From Chrysomallon squamiferum (lineage: Eukaryota; Animalia; Mollusca), in NCBI GenBank assembly GCA_012295275.1, contig CM022675.1, positions 6,882,001-6,946,000 of the forward strand: a DNA stretch of 64,000 bases, given 5' to 3'. How positions within the stretch are numbered: position 1 is the stretch's first letter; the number at the start of each line of letters is the position of its first letter. Positions 1 through 13,900 of the stretch are shown here, piece by piece. Under the pieces are notes generated by a model. That model searched no databases and was not told the origin of the DNA. It worked only from the letters and a program-made list of their open reading frames with translations. The translations under genes and the position numbers were made by a program.

Positions 1-216
1 ATTTTATATTTAAAAAAAAAAAAGGGAATAAAATTTTAATTAAAATATATATATACACACACACATAATTAATACTTTGTAGAATCCAAATATTTTAGAT
101 TGTTTATGATAATTATTTTATTTCATGAATCTGCTATGATTAATTTAAAAAGTAAAGATACATAAGCATTTCATATTTATAAAAGAAAAAATTAAAATTC
201 TTTCTCTGTCTTTTAG

Positions 217-855
217 GTTGTCAGAAAGGTAAGCCCTGAAATTTTAAAACTGAAATTAAACAAATATCAATATTATGAATCTTGTTTTCTAAAAACAATA
301 ATAATAATAATAAATAAGTTCAGAGTTTATCTTGTAATCTTCTGGAAAACAAATAAAAAATAAAATATTTTGTAACAATTAAAAAAAAAAGAAGTTATAT
401 TAAAAGCAATTCTTAAATTGATCCAGTCACAGTAGACTTTTTCGTTTACTGATAAATATTTAATTTTTATCTCTGTTTTAGCCTCCTGTCAGAAAGGTAA
501 GAAGTGTAATTTACAAGATTAAAAGCAAAAAACATAAAATCTGCTGAAAAAAAAAGAAAAAAAAGAAGTAAATAAATAAATAAATATATATATATAAATC
601 ATTCAATCAATCAATGAAATAAATAAATGATTTACATTTTTAAATTAGGAAATTAAAAATAAAAAAGCAAATAAAAGTTAAGTTTGCTAATTAAAAAAAA
701 AAAATATATATATATATATATAATTAAAAGCAATTCTTAAATTGATTTAGTTTACTGATAAATATTTTATTTTTATCTGTGTTTTAGACTCCTGTCAGAA
801 AGGTGAGCAGTGATATTTTACATTAAAAGCAAAAAAATATAAAATTTGCTGAAAA

Positions 856-902
<47 letters not shown>

Positions 903-2155
903 AAATATTAATCAATAAATAAATAATATTTGAAAATAAATAAAGAAGATAAGGCATGATGAAAAAAAAAAAAAAACTGTATATATAAATATAAAATTTA
1001 AAAAAAAAAAAACTTAATACAAAATGAAATATATCATTTGAAATCTCTCTTTATTTTATAAAAATACTATTCAATCACAATAAACTTTTTACTGATGAAT
1101 ATTTTATTTTTATCTCCGTTTTAGCCTCCTGTTAGAAAGGTGAGCTGTAATATTTTACAACATTAAGAGCAAAATTATAAAATTTGCTAAATAAAAAAAT
1201 AAATATTTCAAAATAAATAAATAAAATAATGCAGAATGAAATATAAATTTGTATATATATATCAATATAAAAAAAATAATAATAATAATAAATTAATACA
1301 AAATATATTATAAATTGTTGCATTCGTCTTTTATTTTAAAAAAAAAATGCTAATCAAAATTTAAAAAACAAAGATCTTTTTATAATTTCTTTTCTTAATT
1401 CCTCTTTCTTTTAGTTTTCTGGAAAAATGGTAAGTTTCTAAGTTTTATAAAGAAAATAAAGAGCATTTTTGTTTTTCAAAAACTGTTAAAAGGTAGTAAA
1501 TAAAAAGGCATAATAAAATTTACAAAAATGAATGATAATAATAATAATAATAATAACAATAATAACAGAGTGGCTGAAATTCATTAGCTAAATGTTCTTG
1601 TTAAAATTATTAATTACTTAGTTAATTATCTAATTAATTACTGTTGAACTGAGTATTTATCAACTAAACATTTTATTCAGAATATATTATTTTTATTTTT
1701 ATTTTTTATGCTTTAGACTTCTGGCAAAATGGTAAGCATTTATATTTTTAAAACTGTAGGAATAATTTGATGTAAATTTCTTTAAAAGAAAACGTTAAAC
1801 ATTTAAAGCAATAAATTCTTTAGAAATATAATTAGAATTTAAAAATTAAAATAAATAAATAAATAAATAAATTTTCAAATATTAAACAATAAATTCCTTA
1901 GAAAGCATCAACTTACTATATAAAAAGAAGTTTATTAGTTGTTTTTTTTCTTTCTCCCATAAATTTGTTTATAAACAAAATTTTTATAAATATTGTTATC
2001 TTTGTTTTAGCCTTTTGGTGGACTGGTAAGCTGGAAAATTTCTTTTTCTAAAAATTTAATAACAAAATTATTGGTTAAATTATGATTTTTTTTTTTCTTC
2101 TGAAATTTAACAAAAATAAAAATAAATTATTTCATAAATATTAATAATAATAAAA

Positions 2156-2198
<43 letters not shown>

Positions 2199-3150
2199 TT
2201 AATAATAATAAATTTTGAATAATAACAAACAATATATAACTAAAAAATTTAAATTATATATATAATTTTTCCTTTTAGAAGTTTGAAACTAAGGTAAGCT
2301 TAATTTTTTTTTACTGATTTAAAAGAAAATAAATTTAATAATTAAAATGCTTAAAAAAACATAATTAAGATATGATGTACTATCAAGAAATTGCTTTATT
2401 AAAAATACAAAGTAAAGTTAATTGAAAGATTTGTGTTTCAATATACTTTTTATTCATTTATTTTATTTTTATTTTTATTATTTTTTTTCCTTTATGTAAA
2501 ATCTTCTAAAATTAAATACATAGTAAAATTAGTTTTTATGTTTATTTATTTATTTATTTTTTTTTTTGACACACTGAATTAAGCTTCCACCATTACTGAA
2601 AATAATAATACTAAAATATAATAAGATAAATATCAATTAAAATAATAACAAAACTAAAACAAAATAACAAGTTTAAAAAGCAAAATAGTCTTATAATGTG
2701 TTAGTAATAGTTAAAGGAAATATTCTTTAAAAAGTTGCATATTAACTTTTTACTTCTACTTTTCTCCTTTTTTAGACTGGAGGAGGGGTAAGCTTTATAA
2801 ACTTTCACTCAAGCTATTATATAATGTCTAAAAAGAAAATTATAATAATAATAATAAATAAATAAACAACATATATTGCAATAAATAAATAAGTTACAAG
2901 AGCAAAAACAGGTATTAACAGTAATGTGTTTTGTTAATAAACATAAAAAATTATATTTAAAGAAAAAAAACACATTCCTGGTTGAATAATAATTTTTTTC
3001 TGAGTTTTTATCAAATAATGATTTTAATAATAATAGTCATTAAAATTCTTCTAGTTACCAAAATGCATGTCTTTTTTTTTTTTTTTTTTCTTTTAGTCTG
3101 GAGGATTGGTAAGTTGGAAATATTTTAATTTAATATAATTTCCTAAATCT

Positions 3151-3214
<64 letters not shown>

Positions 3215-3715
3215 AAACAAATTAATCAAATACAAGTTTGAATTACAATTATTTAATAAACTTTCAAACCAGTAAATGAAATCTTTAAGCTTATGAAAAC
3301 TAATGAAACAAAAAGAAAAAAATTAAAAAATAAAATAAAAATACTAGTAATAATAATAAGTAAACCTGAATAATTATTACATTTCATTTATATCTGTTAT
3401 TGTTTGTCTTTTTATTTTTTATTTTATTTTTTATTTAAAAAAAAAAGAATATTTTTAAAATTATTTTTTGTTACATACTCAGTAGTCAGTAGGCATTGTC
3501 AATTTAGGCAATTTTTTTCTCTCTTTTTTATATGATTATGTGATAATTTAGGGAAAAATTACAAAAAAAAAAAAAAAAAATAATAATAACCACAATAACA
3601 ATAACAGAAACAATAATAATTGTATAAATAAATAAATAAATAAAAGCAAAATATAGATGAGAAAACCATCAAAACACTTACCAAAAATATATATATAATA
3701 ATAATACTTAAAGTT

Positions 3716-3759
<44 letters not shown>

Positions 3760-3963
3760 ATTTTGCAATAATATCAATTTAAAAGAAAAATACAAAAATA
3801 GGTTTATATAACAAAAATTAGGTTTTTAAAATCTTCTTAGCAACTATATATATATTATTATATATTTTTATTTTAGCCTTCTGGAGGATTGGTAAGTTCT
3901 TCAAGTTATTAAAAATTTAAAGGATATCACAAATTTAATGTTTTCATCTTATAATAAACCAAA

Positions 3964-3996
<33 letters not shown>

Positions 3997-6900
3997 TTTT
4001 TTTGAAGACTGTGAAATTATAAAAAAGATAATAATTTAAATACATATTTTACAAAAAATATTGAAAGATGGTATGATAAAATTATTTTTTATATATATTT
4101 TTTTATTTTAGTCTTTTGGCAGTCGGGTAAGCTCTTTAGTTTTATACCAAAAACAGAACCAAAAATTAGAAAGAAATTTAAAAAACCCAAAGCATAAGTG
4201 AACATAATGAAATAGAATTTGATAGCAATCAAACTTTAGTTAAAGAGTAAAGATTCTTTACTTATTTACCATAAATAAATTTTAAAATGTGTTCTTATTT
4301 TATTAAAATAATATTATAATAAATTTTACAAATAATAATGACAGAAAATATTATTATGAAAGAATATTCATAAACTGTATTTATATTTTGAATCCATCTT
4401 TAAAAAATAAATTATCCTTTTTCTAAATGATTGCAAATTATATTTAAAACTGTAATTTTATTTTAAACTGATTACAAAAACACTTTATAATAATTGTAAG
4501 GAAAATACTCTAGATAGTTGGAACTTTAAAACTTTATTTTAATTTTAGTCTGGTGGTGGTGGTACTGGTGGAGGAATGGTAAGATAATATATATTTTATG
4601 AAATAAAATTCAAATAAATAAATTGTATTATATTCAAAATCTGTAGTAATAATCTGAAGTAAATTAATTTAAAAAAGCATCAGTAATAATAATAATAACA
4701 ATAAATAAAAAACAAATAATAATAACAATAATAAAAACTAAATATTGTTGATAGTTTGGACTTTTAAACTTTATTTTCATTTTAGTCTGCTGCTGGTGGT
4801 AGTGGTGGTGGATTGGTAAGATGATAAATATTTTATAAAATGAAATTCAAATATATAAATATATATTAGTAACAGTCTGAAATAAATAAAATAAAATAAG
4901 CATCAGTAAATAAATAAATAAATAAATAAATATAATAGTAATAAAAAGAATTTCCTATATTTAATATCTTCTTCCTGCATTAAAATTATTTAAAAAAAAA
5001 TTAAGAAATATATACTGATCAAAGTTTATATTTAAGACTATTTTTTTTTTCTCTTTGTTTTAATCTTCTGGTGGACTGCTAAGCTTATATTTTTGTTTAG
5101 AATTAAATTTCGTGCAATTAATAATAATCAAATGAAAGTAAATAAACAAATAAATAAAACAAAATTCAAAGTTAAATTATTAAAAATGTTTTTTCTGTTT
5201 CTTATTTCTTTTCTTTTTTAAGTTGGAAATTAATTAAGAGAAAATTAATGTAAATTTAATTTATAATTTTAATTTTTTAATTTTTTAATATTTTTAATTT
5301 TAATTTTTTTTATTTAGTCATTTGGCAGTAGGGTAAGCAGTTTTTATGTATACAAATTATGCAGCTTTTTAACAACAATTCAACCAGAATCAAAATAAAT
5401 ACATAAATAACAATATTAATAATGATAATAATTAAATTAAATATATCAATAAAAATCAATGAAAGAATATGCTTTAATATCTAACATATTTTATTTTATA
5501 TTTATTACAAAAACATTATATAATAATTATAAATACATACTCTAGATAGCTTGAACTTACAAACTTTATTTTAATTTTAGTCTGGTGCTGGTGGTAGTGG
5601 TGGTGGACTGGTAAGAAAACATATATTTTATGAGATAAAATTCAAATAAATAAATATAAATATAAACTGTAGTAATAATCTGAAATAAATTATTTAAAAA
5701 AGGCATCAGTTATAATAACAACAGCAACCACTTATAAATTTATTACAAAAGTAAATAAACAAACACATTTTATAATACTTATCATAAGGCAAATACTGTA
5801 GACATTTGAGCTTATACATTTTATTTTAATTTTAGTCTACTGGTGGTGGTGCTGGTGGAATGGTAAGATGACATATATTTTATGAAATAAAATTTAAAAA
5901 ATATATATACATATATCAAAAACTGTAGTTGTAATGTGAAATAAGTTAAATAAAAAAGCATCAGTAATAATAACAATAATAATAATAATAAAAACAACAA
6001 TAACAACAACTATGTAGAAGAGAAAATAAACTGCTTCACAAAAACATAAAAAATTAAATAGATAAATAAATATATAAATAAAGATATTAATAATAATTAA
6101 ATTAAATATATGAAGAAAAATCAATGAAAGAATATTTTTAATTAACTAAGATAACTATTCTCTGCTGTGTTTATTATAAACACATTTCATTTTTATAAAA
6201 CATATACTCTTGATATTTTAAATCTGTAAACTTTATTTTAATTTTAGTCCACTGGAGGTGGTGCTGGAGGAATGGTAATATGATAATGTGTTACAAAATA
6301 AAATTCAGATATATAATATGTACTTATTAAAAACTATATATAATAATAATCTAAACTAAATAAAAAAACATTCATAATAATAATAATAATAATAAAAACA
6401 ATAAATGAGCTAACAAAGAAATTAAGATTTCATAAAAAAAAAACAATTCAAATAACTTGCAGTTACTTTTTCTTTTGATTTTTTTAAAAAAATGTTTAAA
6501 AAAAGAAGAAAATAATAACATAATTATTCTCTGCTGTATTTATTACAAACTATTTCATAATAATTCTTATACAACATAGACTCTAGATATTTTAACTTTA
6601 TTTTAATTTTAGTCTACTGGTGGTGGTGCTGGTGGAATGGTAAGATGATAACATTTAACAAAATAAAATTCAAACTATATATAATCTAAACTAAATAAAA
6701 AAAACATGCATAATAATAATGATAATAAAAACAATAAATGAGCTAACAAAGAAATTAAGATTTCATTAAAAAAAAAAAACACAATTCAAATAACTTGCAG
6801 TTACTATTTCTTTTGATTTTTTAAATTTAATTAAAAAAAAAAAAGAAATAATAACATAATTATTCTCTGCTGTATTTATTACAAACTATTTCATAATAAT

Positions 6901-7494
6901 TCTTATACAACATATACTCTAGATATTTTAACTTTATTTTAATTTTAGTCTACTGGTGGTGGTGCTGGTGGAATGGTAAGATGATAACATTTTACAAAAT
7001 AAAATTCAAACTATATATAATCTAAACTAAATAAAAAAGCATACATAATAATAATAATAATAAAAAGAATAAATGAGCTAACAGAAATTAAGATTTCATA
7101 AAAAAAAACACAATTCAAATAACTTGCAGTAACTTTTTCTTTTAATTTTTAAAAAGAAAATATAAAAAAAAGAAAGTAATAACATAATAATTCTCTGCTG
7201 TATTTATTACAAACTATTTCATAATAATTCTTATACAACATAGACTCTAGATATTTTAACTTTATTTTAATTTTAGTCTACTGGTGGTGGAATGGTAAGA
7301 TCACAGATTTCATGAAATAAAGTTGAATAAATAAATGTTAATAATAATGATAATGATAATAATAATAATCTAAATTAAATAAAAAGCATCAGTATTTAAT
7401 AATAATAAAACAACCTAGATAACAAAGAAATTAAGATTTCATTAAAAAAATTCAAATAAATTGAAGTCACTTTTTCTTTACATTGTTTTAATTA

Positions 7495-7550
<56 letters not shown>

Positions 7551-7664
7551 GATGAAATAAATAAGAATTAACATTTATTTACATACAAATGTATTATTTT
7601 ATTTTAGACTGGAGGAATGAGGGTAAGCTCAACATTTTATAATTTAGGGCACAGAGTAACATAA

Positions 7665-7709
<45 letters not shown>

Positions 7710-7959
7710 CTTTTTGATGTAAATTAAAATAAAAACAACAGTATAAAAAAAAAGGACAACCAAATTTTACTACAAAAAATCCCATTATAATTAAAATATA
7801 AGTATAAATTTAAAAAAAATATAATCTTAAACTGCTAAAAGAAAATTAAAGAACAAAGTAAAATAAATTAAAATATTTTTAGTACTCAAAATATATATAT
7901 TTAACAACTAATGTTTTTATATATTTTTTTTTTAAAATTAAACACATGAATAATAATAA

Positions 7960-7994
<35 letters not shown>

Positions 7995-10530
7995 AAACTT
8001 TAATGATGATAATCATTAAATTATTTATCTCAAGAAAAATCAGTGAAAGAATTATTCTCTGCTATATTTATTAAAAGCTATTTCATAATAATTCTTAAAC
8101 AGCTATAATAGATATTTTAAATCTGTATTTTAATTTTAGTCTGGTGGTGGTGGTGGTGGAATGGTAAGATGATAAATATTTTATGAAATATAATTCAAAT
8201 AAATATATGCATTTATTAAAAAATAAAATAATAATAATCTAAAATAAATAAATAAACATCAGTAATAATAATAACAACAAATGAGCTAACAAAGAAATTA
8301 AGATTTCATTAAAAAAACAATTCAAATAAATTGCAGTTACTTTCTCTTGATTTTTAAAATAAATCATTAAAAAATTAATTATTATTATAAATAAATAAGT
8401 AAATAAATAAATAAATAAATAAATAAATACAAATATTAATAATGATAATAATTAAATTAAATAGATCAAAATAAATCAGTGAAAGAATATTCTTTATTAA
8501 TTAACATAATTATTCTCTGCTATATTTACAAAAAACTATTTCATAATCATTCTTATACAACATAGCCTCTAGATATTTTAACTTTATTTTAATTTTAGTC
8601 TACTGGTGGTGCTGGTGGAATGGTAAGATGACAAATATTTTATAAAATTCAAATAAATATATTTATTAAAAACTATAATAATAATAATCTAAAATAAATA
8701 AATAAACATCAGTAATAATAATAACAACAAATGAGCTAACAAAGAAATTAAGATTTCATTAAAAAAAAATTCAAATAAATTGCAGTTACTTTTTATTTTT
8801 ATTTTTAAAATAAATCATTAAAAAATTAATAAGTAAATAAATAAATAAATTAATACAAATATTAATAATGATAATAATTAAATTAAATAGATAAAAATAA
8901 ATCAGTGAAAGAATATTCTTTATTAATTAGCAATTATTATCCTCTATATTTACAAAAAAACTATTTCATAATAATTCTTATACAACATAGACTCTAGATA
9001 TTTTAACTTTATTTTAATTTTAGTCTACTGGTGGTGGTGCTGGTGGAATGGTAAGATGATATATATTTTATAAAATAAAATTCAAATAAATATATGCATT
9101 TATTAAAAACTGTAATAATTACAATCTGAAATGAATAAACAGCAGTAATAATAATAATAACAACAACAAATGAGCTAACAAACAATTAAGATTTCAGCAA
9201 TAAAACAATTCAAATTAATTGTCACTTTTTCTTTTGATTTTTTAAAATAAAAGTTTAAAAAAATAATAATAAAAAAAAATATATTTATTTTAATTTTAGT
9301 CTACTGGTGGTGGTGGTAGTGGAATGGTAAGAAGATAAATATTTAATGAAATAAATTGAAATAAATATATGCATTTATTAAAAACTAAAATAATAATAAT
9401 ATAAAATAAATAAAGAAACATCAGTAATAATAACAGCAACAAATGAGCTAAAAAAGAAATTAAGATGTCGTTAAAAAAAAAACTTCAAATAAATTTTACA
9501 GTTACTTTTTCTCTTGATTTTTAAAATAAATGTTATTTTAATTTTAGTCTACTGGTGGTGGTGCTGGTGGAATGGTAAGATGATAAATATTTTATGAAAT
9601 ATAATTCAAATAAATATATGCATTTATTAAAAACTAAGAAAATAATCTAAAATAAATAAATAAATATCAGTAATAATAACAACAACAAAAAATGAGCTAA
9701 AAAGAAACTAAGATTTCATAAAAAAAAAACAATTCAAATAAATTGCAGTTACTTTTTCTTTTCATTTTTAAAATAAATCATTAAAAAAATAATAATAAAA
9801 AATAAATAAATTTAAATTTTACAAATATTAATAATGATAATAATTAAATTTTAATGAAATAAATTGAAAAAATAAATGCATTTATTGAAAAAAACTAAAA
9901 TATTCTTTATTAAATTAAAGAAACATAATTATTCTCTACTATATTTGAGCAAAAAGAAATTATTTCATAAAAAAAAAAAAAACTCAAATAATTTTATACA
10001 ACATAGACTTTTTCTAGATTTTTTAAAATTTATTTTAATTTTAGTCTACTGGTGGTGGTGCTGGTGGAATGGTAAGATGATAAATATTTTATGAAATATA
10101 ATTCAAATAAATATATGCATTTATTAAAAACTAAAATAATAATCTAAAATGAATAAATAAACATAAATAACAACAACATATAAGCTAACAAAGAAATTAA
10201 GATTTCATTAAAAACAATTGAAATAAATTGCAGTTATTTTTTCTTTTGATTTTTAAAATAAATCATTAAAAAAATAATAATAATAAATAAATAAATAAAA
10301 TATTAATAATGATATTAATTAAATTAAATAGATAAAAATAAATCAATGAAAGAATATTCTTTATTGATTAACATAACTATATTTACAAAAAACTATATCA
10401 TAATAATTCTTATACAACATAGACTCTAGATATTTTAATTTTATTTTAATTTTAGTCTACTGGTGGTGGTGCTGGTGGAATGGTAAGATGACAAATATTT
10501 AAAATTCAAATAAATATATTTATTAAAAAC

Positions 10531-10570
<40 letters not shown>

Positions 10571-11692
10571 CAAAACGGGACTGAACCTTATTTTAGCAAC
10601 TTAATAATTTTATTTTTAAATTAAAAACTAAATACATGAAGAAATAATAATAATAATAAATATAAAATACAATTAAAATTAAAACTTAAAATCATTTTTT
10701 GAGTTGTGTACTTTAGTCTACTGAAAGTAAAATTATAGAAGTGTTAGATGTTTTTTTGACAAAATGATAATAAAAAATATTTCTCATAAATAGATAAAAA
10801 ATCTAAACTTCTTTTTTTTTTTTTCTTATAGACCTCTAGAGGAATGGTAAGCTTTTAATTTTTAAAGTAATGAGTAGAATATATTAAAATTTTCAAATCA
10901 ATTCATAATAACAATAATAATAATAATAATAATAATGATGATGATGGTAATTGTCATAGTAATGATGATAATAATGATGATAATAAATGATGATGATGAC
11001 AAAGAAATAAAAGAATTTATTTATTAGTGTAACTAGTAATTAAATAAAGAAAAGTTTTTAATGTACATCTTTCAAAATCACAATTTTTTTTTTTTCATTT
11101 TTTTTTTTAGACTTCTGGTGGAGCGGTAAGATTAAAAAATTTTTACAATTGAATCAAAAAATTTTAAATTAAAAGAAAAATTGTTAAAAAAAAAGAAGTA
11201 AATAAATAAATATATAAAATAATAATAATAATATCTAAGTTTGAAATACAGAGAAATGTATAAACTGAAAATGGGGTTTTGTTTTTTAAGTCTTTTTATC
11301 TGTTAAAATAAAAAATAATAAATATGTTAAAACTGAACAAATATTTAAATAGTAAAAGTTTTTATTTTTATTTTATTTCTATAGGCTTTTAGGAGTGAGG
11401 TAAGCTCAAAAATTCTATTCTATAATAAATATATTACTCAAAATATTATTATTATTTTTTAAAATTAAAAATAATTTGAAATAAAATTTACAAATTAAAA
11501 AATAAAAAATTCATTAAACAACAAACTTTAATTGTTTAAATTCCTCCATTTATATTCCATATTATCTAGTAAATTATAGGGAAATTAAAATTATGTAATG
11601 CATTTTATTTCCAATATTTTTTTTCAATTCTTTTCAGTCCTCTACTGGAAGGGTAAATATTACTGGGTTTTTAGAAAATAATTCTAGTAGTA

Positions 11693-11743
<51 letters not shown>

Positions 11744-12340
11744 GTAATTATAATAATAAAGCTACTCAAATAAATTAAAGAACTTTTTGATAAGTATCAA
11801 AGTAAAAAAATCTAATAAATTTGTTCAAAAATAAAAGATAAAATATAATTTCAAAATTAAAAATAATTATTTATTTTACACTGACTTTTATTTTTTTTTT
11901 TTTATTTTATTTTTTTTAAATTAATTAATTTATTTTTTATTTATTTATTTACTATTCTCTTTTTTATTTTATTCTGTTTTAGTCTTCTGGTGGATTGGTA
12001 AGAGTACATTTTATAAGACATTCATACAAAAAAATATATATATATATAATACAGAATTAATAATAATAATAATAATAATAATAACAACAACAACAGTAAC
12101 AGCAACAGCAATAATAATAAAAACAATGAATGAAATAAGACATTTTTTGTAAAAAGTAAAATTCTACTTAATTAAATTATTAAAATCATTTGTATTATTG
12201 TTTTATCTGGCAAATATTAAAAATAAAATAATTATATATATAAAAAAAAATCATTTTTATTTTATTTTTTTTTATTTTTAGTCTTCTGGCAGTGGGGTAA
12301 GCTCTTAATATAATTAAATTTAAAATAAAAGTAATAAAAA

Positions 12341-12376
<36 letters not shown>

Positions 12377-13332
12377 AATTATTAACTTGCAAAATTAAAT
12401 ACAAAAAAAATAATGATAACAATTTCAAAATTAGCAGCTCTGGTTTATAATATTTTTTAAATATTTGTTTTCTTCTTCTAGTTAATAATAATAATAATAA
12501 TAATAATTAAAACTATAAGATTATTTTAAACTTTTGTTATTATTCTTTTTTCTTTAGTCTTCTGGCAGACAGGTAATTCAATTTTTATTATAATTAAGGA
12601 AAGTAAAAATAAATAAATAAATAAATAATACCAATGACAGTTATATGAAAAGAATATTAAGAAGAAAAAACTGAACAATATTTTCAAAATAATTTTTGGA
12701 ATTATTTTAATTTTTACATTATTAATACAGAGACACAACACAACATAACATAGACATATTAAATTATAAAATATTTCAAAACAAATGAAATAACTCAATT
12801 AAAAATAGTTAATATTTATATATTTAGATATATATATTTTTTTATTATTATTTTTTATTTTAGACTTCTTCTAGTCGAGTAAGCTCTGAATTTCTATCTT
12901 GAAATAACTATTTAAATATATTTTTTTAAAAAAAACCCAAAAAACCAATTACCTAATAATAAACTGCCTACTACTATTTAATAAAAAATAAATAAAAACT
13001 TGAATTAAAACAAAATAAAATGTATTTTATTTTAAAATAAACCAAAAAATAGAAGACATATACACCAGAGCATATAAACAAAAAAACAAAGCTTTATTAA
13101 TTAGATAAACCTATTAATTGTAAATAAAATGGTAAATTAATGGTGTATAAAAATAATTTGTATATTTAAATAACATTCTTTTTCCCTTCTTCTTTCCTTT
13201 TCAATAAAGTCATCTGGCACTCGGGTAAGAAATGGCTTTTTTAATTTATTTATTTTTTTTTTTTATGAAAAACTTTTTGAAATTTGAATTTATTCATTAT
13301 TATTAATAATAAGTGTAATAATAATAATAATG

Positions 13333-13368
<36 letters not shown>

Positions 13369-13853
13369 TAATAATAATAATAATCAAAGTACATGTCAAT
13401 CACCAACAAAAAAATGAAAACAAAATAAATAAATAAAATTTTCCTAATCAAAATGTTATATTTTCAGTAATGCTTATTTTTCCATTATTATTTGTACATA
13501 AAACAAGAAAAACAATACAGATATTTTTAATTATAAATTATTATTATTATATATATTTTTTTTAGTCATCAAGTAGAACAGGCTCAAGGGTAAGTTATCT
13601 GTTTAAAATAAATCAATAAATCAATAAATCAATAAATCATGACAATAAAATTTATATATCTAAGTATTATTTTTATTTTCAAAGAAATATGACATGTAAT
13701 TTTATTTTAATACTGCTACTCTTCAAACTTAAACAAGAAATAATTATTATAAATTAAAGTGTAACAATTTTGAAAATTTAGTTTTATCTTGTCTTTTTTT
13801 AAATTATTTCAGTCTTCATCTTCTCTGAAAGAGGTAAGCTAGGGTTTTTGTCA

Positions 13854-13900
<47 letters not shown>

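Noticed and set aside
4549-10482. CRISPR-like appearance of regularly spaced short GC-rich repeats
   Set aside because: Eukaryotic context, spacers of 250-500 bp that are homologous to each other, repeats bounded by AG/GT splice sites, and no cas genes.
10717-10726. Possible extra microexon TCTACTGAAA
   Set aside because: 10 nt (not 3n), weak GTAAAA donor and poor pyrimidine tract; at best a decayed copy.
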